From NCBI GenBank assembly GCA_002478275.1, contig DLMY01000028.1, positions 1 to 46,802 of the forward strand: DNA of 46,802 bases, written 5' to 3'. The notes under the pieces were generated by a model, which saw only the letters and a list, made by a program, of their open reading frames with translations, was not told the origin of the DNA and did no database searches. The DNA comes from Actinobacteria bacterium UBA7524 (GTDB taxonomy: Bacteria; Actinomycetota; Coriobacteriia; Anaerosomatales; UBA912). Made by a program: the position numbers and the translations under genes. Positions 11,101 to 19,907 of the stretch are shown here, piece after piece; position 1 is the stretch's first letter, and each line of letters starts with the position of its first letter.

Positions 11101-11244
11101 CGACGTCTCGGTGACGTCGACAAGCTTCCATTCCTGGCTGGCGTCGGCCGCCATGGCCTGGGACTGGCCGGTGAACTCGTACATCACGCTCGTGGCGAAC
11201 GCGGCACCGGTCAGCTTCAGGAAGCTACGCCGAGTGATACCCAT
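8107..11244 (-). CDS. fdnG: Formate dehydrogenase alpha subunit, selenocysteine-containing, Tat-exported (1045 aa)
   Basis: Track ORFs 10645-11289 and 8107-10632 are one frame joined by TGA at 10647-10645 in EHQARI-U-HSSTVAGLGPSFGRGAMTN. Tat motif TRRSFLK, CCYCSGGC..C, LRGEANVQG. GGGAGGAG RBS before ATG 11244. Confidence 0.96.
10612..10644 (-). promoter_or_regulatory. Bacterial SECIS element
   Basis: After UGA: CACAGCU-CGA-C-GG-U-GGCCG-GUCU-UGGCC-CC-UCG. The stem has a bulged U and a GUCU loop, like the E. coli fdhF/fdnG SECIS. Confidence 0.88.
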
Positions 11245-11505
11245 TCCAACTCCTCCCTCAATAGGAAACCGGTAGGTGTTGCGATACACGCCGCTTGCCG
11301 GAACGGCGGTTCAGACATCGATCAGCGAACGGCACCGCCTCCTTTCGAGACGATCGCCGGACGCACGGCAAGGGGTTGCGTGGCGCAGGTGGCTGACGCT
11401 TCCATGCGGAAGCGGCGCACAAGGGCCACACGAATCAGATCCAAGAGTACGTCCCCCTCTTGCTCAGGCACGACAAGGCACGCCGAGGAAGGCCGCGCTG
11501 CTGTC

Positions 11506-11611
11506 GCGTCTCCTTTCCAAGGAGGGAGGCACCGCCGTTTCCCGCGGCACCCTAACGGCCCCAAGACCATAGCGCGCATGCGCAGTAGGCCTGCGAGGGG
11601 CTCGGAGACAT
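11506..11611 (-). ncRNA. Moco RNA motif riboswitch, P3-less (Tuco-type) variant
   Basis: Minus strand GUCUCC-GAGCCCC..CCUA..UAUGGUC..GGGGC-CGUUAGGGUGCCGCGGGAAACGGCGGUGCCUCCCUCCUUGGAAAGGAGAC. P1 GUCUCC/GGAGAC, P2, GAAA-capped stem and the conserved GCCUCCC..UGGAAAGG end, upstream of a Mo/W-bisPGD enzyme. Confidence 0.88.
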
Positions 11612-11785
11612 CTGTGTCATGGACACACCAGGCATGATGCGTGAATGACGACCGGCAGTTAGTGGTGTTCGTCAACGGGGGCGGGAGTCCTGCAAAGAGG
11701 CCGAAATTAAAACGGCATAAACGGGATTTCGCATCCGAAAGACTCGATGTTTATGCGCCTAGCGCGGCAGAAAGTCAAATCCGGC

Positions 11786-12202
11786 TTAGCCAGAGTCCGT
11801 CAGCATCAGTGAATGAGCCCACCGTACGAAGCGCGTAGCCTGATCGACTAGAACCCTCGCCGCGTCCTCTGTAAGAGTGCGTTCGGTGTATTCGATGTCG
11901 TTCTTCATCCGAAGAAGGCCCATCAGCTGTCTTTCCGCCGGGCCAGGGAGCCCTCCGGCGAGGCTTTGCGTGAGTACGTGAACGACTGCGGAGTGACTTG
12001 AGCCCGCGTTGACGACGCCTGCGGTGTGTGCGGTGAGCGCATCGGCCGCAGTGATTCCCGCATGTACTGCGGCTAGCCCGGCGGCGGAGTAGCGACCAGC
12101 CTCAAGCTCTGCGCCAGCAGACGCCGAGAACTCAGACGCCTTGCCGATGAGCCTTCTTGCGTGCCCTCTTGGCACCGCCCGAGTGCGTCTTGTCCGCCCC
12201 AC
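11786..12202 (-). CDS. HEPN-domain protein (putative toxin partner)
   Basis: GTG 12202 after GGGGGG. Helical HEPN pattern (KA..F...A, AVHAGI.AADA, H, KNDIEY), directly downstream of an MNT gene. Confidence 0.75.
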   Translation of the reverse strand: MGRTRRTRAVPRGHARRLIGKASEFSASAGAELEAGRYSAAGLAAVHAGITAADALTAHTAGVVNAGSSHSAVVHVLTQSLAGGLPGPAERQLMGLLRMKNDIEYTERTLTEDAARVLVDQATRFVRWAHSLMLTDSG

Positions 12203-12818
12203 AGTCCCCCCACTCACTGACCCCCATTCCGTGGAGGATGATACCGGTAGACTCCAACTCGGTTCTAAACGGGCTCTGACCAACTCGCAGGTTCTCGTGA
12301 GCTTCCCGTCTGGTGTACGAGAGCAGTGATAGGGGGGAGCCGTAGGTTGTCTCGAAGTAGCCCATTTCCCTGAAGGCGCGCTCGTCGAGGAGCTGCTTCC
12401 GGCGCTCGTCGGGCGCGAGGGCGAACACGTCGATGTCGCTGGTGTCTCGCTGCTCACCCGTGGCGTAACTGCCGAACAGAATCAGCGAGTCGCAGTTCTC
12501 AGCGAACATCCTCACGAGGTCCGAGCGGATCTCGTCAGCGACACGGTCTTCGGCTGCGATACCGGGTAGGACCATGTGCCGCACGTAGGCATTGGAGCGA
12601 CGAAGCTCGTATGCGGTCGCGCGACCAACAGCGGCGCACGTGACGAGACCCATGGACTCCAGGTCCTTGAGGGTGGCACCGGCCGCTGTGTGGCTGATGC
12701 CCGCGACGCGGCTGACAGCACGGATGCTCATGGGTGCAGTCGTCAGAGCAAGAGCTCGCAGTATGCGCGCTCGCGAGGGAGCCTCGAAGATGTCTACGAT
12801 CGTGTACGTCGGTCGCAT
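12132..12818 (-). CDS. Winged-HTH plus minimal nucleotidyltransferase (MNT) protein
   Basis: N-terminal HTH (RARILRAL..SIRAVSRVAGIS..LKDLESMGLV) and the NTase motif LFGSYATG..SDIDV. Confidence 0.85.
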   Translation of the reverse strand: MRPTYTIVDIFEAPSRARILRALALTTAPMSIRAVSRVAGISHTAAGATLKDLESMGLVTCAAVGRATAYELRRSNAYVRHMVLPGIAAEDRVADEIRSDLVRMFAENCDSLILFGSYATGEQRDTSDIDVFALAPDERRKQLLDERAFREMGYFETTYGSPLSLLSYTRREAHENLRVGQSPFRTELESTGIILHGMGVSEWGDCGADKTHSGGAKRARKKAHRQGV

Positions 12819-12857
12819 AGTACTATGTAGTCTAGAGTTGCCATAATGGAAGGTCAA
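12816..12857 (-). promoter_or_regulatory. SigA-type promoter with a palindromic operator over the MNT start codon
   Basis: TTGACC (12857-12852), 17 nt, TAGACT (12834-12829). Perfect palindrome CATAGTACTATG at 12816-12827. Confidence 0.7.
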
Positions 12858-12896
12858 GTTGTCATTGACAAGGACAGATTCGCGTAACGTGCCCGA

Positions 12897-13736
12897 TCAC
12901 CACTCAGAGCGTTCGAGCGTACGCCGTGCCGCGCGTGAGGTGAATCCGTCCGGCGCACTGTGCGGCTTTCGCACCACGCAGTTCAGCGCATTCGACACCA
13001 CGTTGAGCACCGGCACGCGCGACAGCGCCCTGTCGAATCCGTACACGCCCTGCGCGTGCGTCGATATCGCCTTTCGCAGCCGGGGAAAGCGCACGAGATT
13101 CCGCGGTATCAGGTACCGGTAGTCGAACCGCACGACCTCGAAGCCCGCCCCGCGCATCTCGCGCATGAGCTGACCGCGCGTCCACCGAAGGTCGTGGTTG
13201 GCCTGCCCGATCATCCCGGCCAGGACCTCGGTATAGGAGAACTTGTTGGGGAAGTGGTAGACGAAGAACAGGCCACCAGGCTTGAGCACCCTGTACATCT
13301 CGGCAAGCGACGCGCTCGGGTCCGGCACATGCTCGAGCACCCCGCACGACAGCGCCCCGTCGAACGTCCCGTCCGCAAACGGCAGCCTGATCGGGTCGTC
13401 CACGAACCGCTTCTCGCCTTTGAGCTGATCGAGCACGAAACGATACGACGGGAAGTCATGCTCGAAGTCGTAGTAGACGGTGGACACTCCCAGGTGCTCG
13501 AGCAGGTACGTCGTGAACGCCGGGCCGGCGCCCCAGTCGAGCAGCACCGGATCTGCCGAGGAACCCTCTTGCTCCAGCGTCTCGGCCACGTCTCGTACGA
13601 TCGCCTCGTAGCCAAGCGTCGTGAGCTCGCTCTGGTTGAGCCACCAGCCGCCAGGTTCGATCTCGCGCGCACCGGCTTTCAGGCCGAGGAACGCCTCGTG
13701 CAGGTCTTCGGTCCGTATGTCGGCTGTACCAGGCAT
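12897..13736 (-). CDS. Class I SAM-dependent methyltransferase
   Basis: LLDWGAG, LPFADGTFD, VLEHV, RVLKPGG. TACAAT 6 nt before the ATG suggests a leaderless transcript. Confidence 0.88.
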   Translation of the reverse strand: MPGTADIRTEDLHEAFLGLKAGAREIEPGGWWLNQSELTTLGYEAIVRDVAETLEQEGSSADPVLLDWGAGPAFTTYLLEHLGVSTVYYDFEHDFPSYRFVLDQLKGEKRFVDDPIRLPFADGTFDGALSCGVLEHVPDPSASLAEMYRVLKPGGLFFVYHFPNKFSYTEVLAGMIGQANHDLRWTRGQLMREMRGAGFEVVRFDYRYLIPRNLVRFPRLRKAISTHAQGVYGFDRALSRVPVLNVVSNALNCVVRKPHSAPDGFTSRAARRTLERSEW

Positions 13737-13778
13737 GAGCGGATTGTAGCGCAGGAAGCGCCCCTGAGGTGCTAGGAT
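13737..13778. promoter_or_regulatory. Divergent promoters for the methyltransferase (leaderless) and pseB
   Basis: Minus-strand TACAAT at 13748-13743; plus-strand TGcTAGGAT extended -10 at 13770-13778. Confidence 0.5.
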
Positions 13779-13817
13779 TTACGAGTCCGCACACGCAACC
13801 GGAGAACGGACGCGATC

Positions 13818-14828
13818 ATGCTCACAGGCAAATCGATCCTCGTCACCGGCGGGACGGGTTCGTTCGGCCAGAAGTTCGTCGCCACGGTGCTCGAACGCTA
13901 CCCGCAAGTGGAGCGCCTCGTGATCTTCTCTCGCGACGAGCTCAAGCAGTTCGAGATGGCGCAGGTACTCAGCCCCAAGCAGTACCCGCAGTTGCGCTAC
14001 TTCCTAGGCAACGTGCGCGACAAGGACCGGTTGTGGCGAGCGCTCGAAGGCGTCGACACGGTGGTACACGCGGCCGCTCTCAAGCACGTGCCCGCGTGTG
14101 AGTACAACCCGTTCGAGGCGGTCAAGACCAACGTCTTGGGTGCCCAGAACGTCATCGAGGCATGCCTCGACCGCGGCGTGAAGCGCGTGGTAGCGCTTTC
14201 GACGGACAAGGCGGCCGCGCCCATCAACCTCTATGGCGCGACCAAGCTCACCAGTGACAAGCTCTTCGTGGCCGCGAACAACTTCAGGGGCCACCACGAT
14301 ATCCGCTTCTCAGTCGTGCGTTACGGTAACGTCATGGGCTCGCGCGGCAGCGTGATCCCGTACTTCCTGGACAGGCGTCGCGAAGGCTGCATCCCGATCA
14401 CCGACGAGCGCATGACCCGCTTCAACATCTCCCTCGAAAAAGGCGTTGACCTCGTGCTTTACGCGCTGGAGAACATGTGGGGCGGCGAGATCTTCGTGCC
14501 CAAGATCCCCAGTTACCACATCACAGATGTCGCCAAAGCGATCGCACCGGAGTGCGAGCACGAGGTCATCGGCATCCGTCCCGGCGAGAAGCTGCACGAG
14601 GAGATGATCACAGAGACAGACGCGCTCAACTCGCTCGAGTTCGAGAAGCACTTCGTGATCATGCCATCCACACCCCTATGGTCTGCCGAGGAGTACGCTC
14701 AAGCCTTCAACGGCAAACCGTGCGAGTTCGGCTTCCGCTACAACAGCGGCGAGAACACCGAGTGGCTCTCGGTCGAGGACCTGCGGGCACTCATCAAGCA
14801 GCACGTCGACCCCGAGTTCACTGTCTGA
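13818..14828 (+). CDS. pseB: UDP-N-acetylglucosamine 4,6-dehydratase (inverting)
   Basis: TGGTGSFG, SRDELKQ, HAAALKHVP, LSTDKA..PINLYGATK, RYGNVMGSRGSV, GIRPGEKLHE. Confidence 0.93.
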   Translation: MLTGKSILVTGGTGSFGQKFVATVLERYPQVERLVIFSRDELKQFEMAQVLSPKQYPQLRYFLGNVRDKDRLWRALEGVDTVVHAAALKHVPACEYNPFEAVKTNVLGAQNVIEACLDRGVKRVVALSTDKAAAPINLYGATKLTSDKLFVAANNFRGHHDIRFSVVRYGNVMGSRGSVIPYFLDRRREGCIPITDERMTRFNISLEKGVDLVLYALENMWGGEIFVPKIPSYHITDVAKAIAPECEHEVIGIRPGEKLHEEMITETDALNSLEFEKHFVIMPSTPLWSAEEYAQAFNGKPCEFGFRYNSGENTEWLSVEDLRALIKQHVDPEFTV

Positions 14829-14839
14829 GGGCCTGCCGA

Positions 14840-15466
14840 TTAGAAATCCACCGCGCGTACTTCATCAGCGTGGGCTTTGAGAGCCTTGTTCAGCAGGCCA
14901 GTCCCCATTGGAACCAGGACAACCTGGACTCCCTCGCGACGTGCGAACTTCATTGCGGGAACGAAGTCGGTGTCTGCTGTCACGAGGATTATGCGGTCCA
15001 CGATTCCTTTCGCGGCAAGCCATGCCACGTCCAGGCCGATCTTCATATCGACACGTTTCTGGGCGAAGTCGGGTTCGAAATCAGTGGCCAGGCAAGCCCG
15101 TGGGGTCTTGATCAACTCCTTCTGTGACCGATACTTCAGCCGCCAGCCATTCGTTGAGAGTACCCCGCTGCGGAAGGCGACGTGATCTGCGTGAGAGAGT
15201 TCGTCGAGCAATGCGGTGCGCTGCCTGTAGACCATGGTTACTGAGTAGTCTTCTGCGATGCCCGTCATCGGATGAGTCAGGACGCCACTGAAAGGTGGAC
15301 AGTCATAGTAGTAGATGCGAAATAGCTCCTCATCCTGCCGCAGACACGCAGCGGCGAAGTCGAGTATCTGTCTAGCCGAGAGCATCTTCTTGCCTCGGAG
15401 CGCATGGAGCCGTTTCTGGACGAAGCCACCATCCAGCAGCACGGCGACGCTCTTCGACGAAGTCAC
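14840..15466 (-). CDS. NYN-domain (PIN-like) ribonuclease
   Basis: VLLDGGF, RIYYYDC, QKRVDMKIGLD, ADTDFVPAMKFARREG, L..HAD. GAGGGGG RBS before GTG 15466. Confidence 0.88.
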   Translation of the reverse strand: MTSSKSVAVLLDGGFVQKRLHALRGKKMLSARQILDFAAACLRQDEELFRIYYYDCPPFSGVLTHPMTGIAEDYSVTMVYRQRTALLDELSHADHVAFRSGVLSTNGWRLKYRSQKELIKTPRACLATDFEPDFAQKRVDMKIGLDVAWLAAKGIVDRIILVTADTDFVPAMKFARREGVQVVLVPMGTGLLNKALKAHADEVRAVDF

Positions 15467-15487
15467 AGGCTTCCCCCTCACAGAAGA

Positions 15488-15525
15488 AGCCCTTCGGGAT
15501 GCGCTATGGCGCGCACCGAAGGGCT
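15488..15525 (-). other. Long hairpin directly upstream of the NYN gene
   Basis: Plus strand AGCCCTTCGG-ga-TGCGC-tatggc-GCGCA-CCGAAGGGCT: a perfect 10-bp stem plus a 5-bp inner stem. Confidence 0.7.
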
Positions 15526-15767
15526 CCCTGTATTGATTGCCGGCCTACCGGCGTTCGGATACATACAATCTTGCCACTCACGGGCAGTCTCGTCTAGAAC
15601 CGCCCGGTCATGGATTTTGAGCCCCGCTGGTGTTCGAACGATAGCAGGCCGGTCTTACTCGAATCTCAACAGCGTCTTACCGCTTCTCGCCCAATCGTGG
15701 GAGAATCGGGAGGACGTCGCAGGCGCGTCAGCGTCTCGGCCCTTGTTTCCGGCAGAAGAGGCGACAC

Positions 15768-16913
15768 GTGATCCCGTACGGCCGACAGTCTATCTCGGAA
15801 GAAGACATCGCAGCGGTCGTCGACGTCCTGCGCTCGCCGCTCATCACACAGGGGCCGGTGGTGACCAGGTTCGAAGAAGCGGTCGCCGAGTACTGCGGGG
15901 TGCGACATGCGGTAGCGGTGGCCAACGGCACGGCCGCCCTGCACGTGGCGGTGATGGCGCTCGGACTGGGTCCGGGCGGGCTGCTCTGGACCTCTCCGAA
16001 CACCTTCGTCGCCTCGGCGAACTGCGCCCGGTTCGTCGGGGCGGACGTCGACTTCGTCGACATCGACCCTAAGAGCTACAACATGAGCACCGATGCGCTC
16101 GCCTCCAAGCTCAAGACCGCCGAGGAGACCGGTCGGTTACCCGACGTCGTCGTCCCGGTGCACTTCGCCGGCGCGTCTTGTGACATGGCGGGCATCCGCG
16201 AACTTGCGGGCCGATACGGCTTTCGGGTTCTCGAGGACGCCGCACATGGCATCGGTGGGTCGTACCGTGGCACACCGATCGGCTCATGCGAGTTCTCCGA
16301 CGTGACCACCTTCAGTCTCCACCCGGTCAAGATCATCACGACGGGCGAAGGTGGACTCGTGGTCACCAACGACGAGCACATCGCCGAGCAGGCACGGCTT
16401 GCTCATACACACGGCATCACGCGGGATGGCGCGCTGATGCGGGGAGAGCCGGACGGGCCGTGGTACTACCAGCAGATAGGGCTTGGTTTCAACTACCGGC
16501 TGACCGACCTGCAAGCGGCGCTCGGCCTCAGCCAGATGCGCCGTCTCGACGAGTTCGTCTCCCGCCGCAACGAGATCGCCGCGCGTTATCGGGAGGCGTT
16601 CTCGGGGCTGCTGGTGCGCTACCAGGAAGTCCCGGCCGATGTGCTCTCCGCATACCACTTGTTCGTCATCGAGGTGCCGCATCACGACCGTGCGGAGATC
16701 TACGACCGTCTGCGAGAGCACGGTATCGGTGCTGCGGTCCACTACATCCCGGTCCATCTCCAGCCGTACTACCGCGATCTCGGCTTCGCTCCCGGCGACT
16801 TTCCGAATTCTGAGCGGTACTACGCTCAGTGCATCACCTTGCCGGTCTTTCCGGCGATGACCGACGGGGAGCTGGATGTTGTCGTAGAAGCGCTGAAGGA
16901 GGCGTTGGCATGA
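15768..16913 (+). CDS. pseC: UDP-4-amino-4,6-dideoxy-N-acetyl-beta-L-altrosamine transaminase
   Basis: MIPYGRQSI, NGTAALH, EDAAH, FSLHPVKIITTGEGG, LGFNYRLTD, VHYIPVH. Confidence 0.92.
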   Translation: MIPYGRQSISEEDIAAVVDVLRSPLITQGPVVTRFEEAVAEYCGVRHAVAVANGTAALHVAVMALGLGPGGLLWTSPNTFVASANCARFVGADVDFVDIDPKSYNMSTDALASKLKTAEETGRLPDVVVPVHFAGASCDMAGIRELAGRYGFRVLEDAAHGIGGSYRGTPIGSCEFSDVTTFSLHPVKIITTGEGGLVVTNDEHIAEQARLAHTHGITRDGALMRGEPDGPWYYQQIGLGFNYRLTDLQAALGLSQMRRLDEFVSRRNEIAARYREAFSGLLVRYQEVPADVLSAYHLFVIEVPHHDRAEIYDRLREHGIGAAVHYIPVHLQPYYRDLGFAPGDFPNSERYYAQCITLPVFPAMTDGELDVVVEALKEALA

Positions 16914-17779
16914 GACTGCCCAACGCCCCGAAGTTCATCGCCGAGGTATCCAGCAATCACAATCGCGACCTGGATCGGGCACTTGCCTTTGTCGACGCGG
17001 CGGCCGATTGCGGATGCGACGCTGTGAAGTTCCAGCTGTTCAGGGTAGACGAGCTCTTCGCTCCCGAGATCGTGAGCCGCAGCCCTGATGTCGAGGCTCG
17101 CCGGGAATGGGAGCTGCCCATCGAGTTCCTCTCGCCGATTGCGGAGGCATGTAAGCGATCAAGAATCGAGTTCCATTGCACACCCTTCTACATAGAGGCT
17201 GTCGGGCAGCTCGAACCGTACGTTGACGCCTTCAAGGTCTCTTCGTACGAACTACTGTGGGATGACCTGCTTCGCGCGTGCGCTGCGACGGGAAAGCCGG
17301 TGATCCTATCCACCGGGATGGCGACCCTCCCCGAGGTCGAGCATGCGGTGGATGTGCTTCGTGACGCTGATGTCAGTGACCTCACGATTCTTCACTGCGT
17401 GTCCGCCTATCCCGCGGCTGCTTCAGACTGCGATCTGGCGGCGATCGACACCTTGCGACGCGCGTTTGGATGCAGCGTCGGCTGGTCGGACCACAGCGTG
17501 GATCCCGCTGTCGTGCAGCGGGCGGTGCACAGATGGGGTGCGGAGGTGGTGGAGCTGCACTTCGACCTCGACGAACGGGGCGAGGAGTTCGCAGGCGGCC
17601 ACTGTTGGCTACCTGAGACGCTTAGGCCTGTGATCTCGGGAGTGCGCCGAGGTCTGTCAGCCGACGGTGATGGCGTGAAGGGGCCGAGCACCAGTGAGGT
17701 AGTCGAACGCGAGTGGCGCGCTGACCCCTCAGATGGCCTGAGACCCCTCAAGCATATGCGCGCGGATTGGCGGCCATGA
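16910..17779 (+). CDS. NeuB/PseI-family nonulosonate synthase lacking the C-terminal SAF domain
   Basis: FIAEVSSNH, DAVKFQ, KVSS, LSTGMA, LHCVSAYP, GWSDHS. Only 289 aa; ATGA overlap with pseC. Confidence 0.88.
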   Translation: MRLPNAPKFIAEVSSNHNRDLDRALAFVDAAADCGCDAVKFQLFRVDELFAPEIVSRSPDVEARREWELPIEFLSPIAEACKRSRIEFHCTPFYIEAVGQLEPYVDAFKVSSYELLWDDLLRACAATGKPVILSTGMATLPEVEHAVDVLRDADVSDLTILHCVSAYPAAASDCDLAAIDTLRRAFGCSVGWSDHSVDPAVVQRAVHRWGAEVVELHFDLDERGEEFAGGHCWLPETLRPVISGVRRGLSADGDGVKGPSTSEVVEREWRADPSDGLRPLKHMRADWRP

Positions 17780-17780
17780 C

Positions 17781-18593
17781 GTGCGCACTGTCGCGATCAT
17801 CCAAGCGCGGATGGGTTCGACGCGTTTGCCCGGAAAGGTGTTGTTGCCGCTGGCGGACAAGCCGATGCTGTGGCACGTCGTGGAGCGCACGCGCCATGCG
17901 CGCCTGATCGATGAGGTCGTAGTCGCCACCAGCACCGAGGCGGGCGACGATGCGATTCGTGAGTTCGGCTCGAACTACGGCATAGAGGTATTCTCGGGTA
18001 GTGAGACTGACGTACTCGATCGCTACTATCGTGCAGCCAAGGAATATGGAGCTGATGCGGTCGTTCGGGTCACGGGTGACTGTCCGCTTGTCGACCCCAA
18101 CGTGGCCGATGCCGTGGTAGGCGCATTCGCCGAAGGCGGATTCGATCATGTCGGAGCGACATCCGGCAGCGGCGCGAGGGCTATGGGGATTCACGGCTTT
18201 CCGGAGGGCGCAGGGGTGGCCTGTTTCGGGTTCAGTGTCCTGCATGACGCATGGTGCGAGGCGACGGATGCGTCGGACCGCGAACACGTTGAGACCTTCG
18301 TGGTTCTGAACCCGAATCGGTTCAAACTCATGCTCGTGGTTCCACAGCGTGATCTCTCCCAACACCGCTGGACGATAGACCGACCGGAAGACCTTGAACT
18401 GATTGCAGCCGTGTACGAGGCTTTGTTCGTGCCTGGTGAGTTGATTCAGAATCGTGAGGTCATTCGATTCCTTGACGGCCATCCCGAGATTGCGAAGGTG
18501 AATCGGGCTATGCTCGGTCAAGAGAAGTACAGAGCACTTTGGAATGGCCTGGATGTTCATGAAGCGAGCATTCGGGCAGTGGATGTCCTGTGA
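17781..18593 (+). CDS. SpsF-like cytidylyltransferase
   Basis: IIQARMGSTRLPGKVL, GSETDVLDRY, RVTGDCP, REHV, RWTIDRPED. Confidence 0.88.
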   Translation: MRTVAIIQARMGSTRLPGKVLLPLADKPMLWHVVERTRHARLIDEVVVATSTEAGDDAIREFGSNYGIEVFSGSETDVLDRYYRAAKEYGADAVVRVTGDCPLVDPNVADAVVGAFAEGGFDHVGATSGSGARAMGIHGFPEGAGVACFGFSVLHDAWCEATDASDREHVETFVVLNPNRFKLMLVVPQRDLSQHRWTIDRPEDLELIAAVYEALFVPGELIQNREVIRFLDGHPEIAKVNRAMLGQEKYRALWNGLDVHEASIRAVDVL

Positions 18594-18629
18594 AGATGCA
18601 GTCTCACAGCGGAGTCGAGGGGCAGAGCC

Positions 18630-19907
18630 ATGGCGTCTGAGAGTGTTCCCAAACGGGTGATGCTGTATGGCTTCTACTCCCAAGGCAACTACGGGGACGA
18701 TGCCCTACTCGACGCGATTGTTCGGGGAGTCAGTGGCTCCACAGCGGGGCCGGTGGAGTTCACCGTTCCAGTGCGCTATCCCTCCGGAGACATGGACCGC
18801 AGGTTCGGAGTCCGCACGATTCAGAACCTTGAGTACAACCGTAGAGCGCATTCCGTGGGTCGGTGGCTTCATGGCATGAATCCCGACGACGGGGAAGCAT
18901 TTGACGAGTTCCTCTCTGAAGTGATTGCCTCGGACTTGGTGATAGTCGGTCCCGGGCAGTACTTGGTTGAAACGGGAGTGGACGCACTGTTCCGGGGAAT
19001 CTTGGCTCAGTTGGATGCCATTGCCGAATTCTGTGGCATGACCGGTACACCTCTGTACGCGATTGCCCTGACTGCGGAACCGCTTGTCAGACCATTCTCA
19101 CTCGTACGAGTGCAGAACTCGCTTTCGAAGTGTGCCGCACTGACGTTCCGCGACAGTCACAGCCCGAGCTATCTGAGTTCGTGCGGTATCGAGTTGCCCG
19201 ATTATGCGGTCGCGGCTGACTTGGCATTCGCCACACCATCCGCCGACGTTGCGCTCGCGGATGCGGTATTCGAGGCCGAGGGAATTACCATCCCTTCCGA
19301 GCGGTTACTGGGATTGGCTGTGCACGATTACTACAAGGACGCATCGCTAAGAAAGGGGTTCGTTCACCTTGCGGTCGACGTATGCCGACTGTGGATAGAG
19401 CGGGTTGGGGGACCCGTACTTTTCATTCCGCAGTCAGTCAATCACGAGGACAGGCATGCAGATGATCGCTACTTTCACGAAGAGGTGGTCGCTCACCTTC
19501 CTCGGGGGCTGCACACAGAGGTGCTTCGAATTCGTTCGGTATATCAGTTTGACCAAGTAGAAGCGGTATATTCCAGATGTGCAGCAGCCTTCTGCACGCG
19601 GATGCACGGAGCGGTGTTTTCGTTGAAGCAGGCGGTTCCCACTGCTCTCATGGATCACGAGAACAAGCGACGTGCGTGTTTCGCTCAAGCGGGTTTCGAG
19701 GAGTACGTACACCCCATTGACACACCTGCGGAGCAGATTGTATCGGTGCTTGAAGGTCTTGCGGCAGCGCCAAGGACGGCTATTCATGTCCGCAAGACAC
19801 TAGATAGTGCGCGCAGTTCTGCTCGCGAGCATGTACGTGTTGCATCAGAACTTCTAGCGGCGGAAGCGTCGCCGCGCAAGACTTGGGTGAAAGGACTGTA
19901 TCAATGA
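18630..19907 (+). CDS. Polysaccharide pyruvyl transferase family protein
   Basis: GFYSQGNYGDDA, TFRD..S, ADLAF, RMHGAV. Confidence 0.85.
   Translation: MASESVPKRVMLYGFYSQGNYGDDALLDAIVRGVSGSTAGPVEFTVPVRYPSGDMDRRFGVRTIQNLEYNRRAHSVGRWLHGMNPDDGEAFDEFLSEVIASDLVIVGPGQYLVETGVDALFRGILAQLDAIAEFCGMTGTPLYAIALTAEPLVRPFSLVRVQNSLSKCAALTFRDSHSPSYLSSCGIELPDYAVAADLAFATPSADVALADAVFEAEGITIPSERLLGLAVHDYYKDASLRKGFVHLAVDVCRLWIERVGGPVLFIPQSVNHEDRHADDRYFHEEVVAHLPRGLHTEVLRIRSVYQFDQVEAVYSRCAAAFCTRMHGAVFSLKQAVPTALMDHENKRRACFAQAGFEEYVHPIDTPAEQIVSVLEGLAAAPRTAIHVRKTLDSARSSAREHVRVASELLAAEASPRKTWVKGLYQ

Noticed and set aside
8107..11289. fdnG as two genes or a nonsense pseudogene
   Set aside because: The stop is the catalytic Sec UGA, with a SECIS directly after it.
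14829..15767. NYN segment as an IS-like element
   Set aside because: No transposase, terminal inverted repeats or target-site duplication found.
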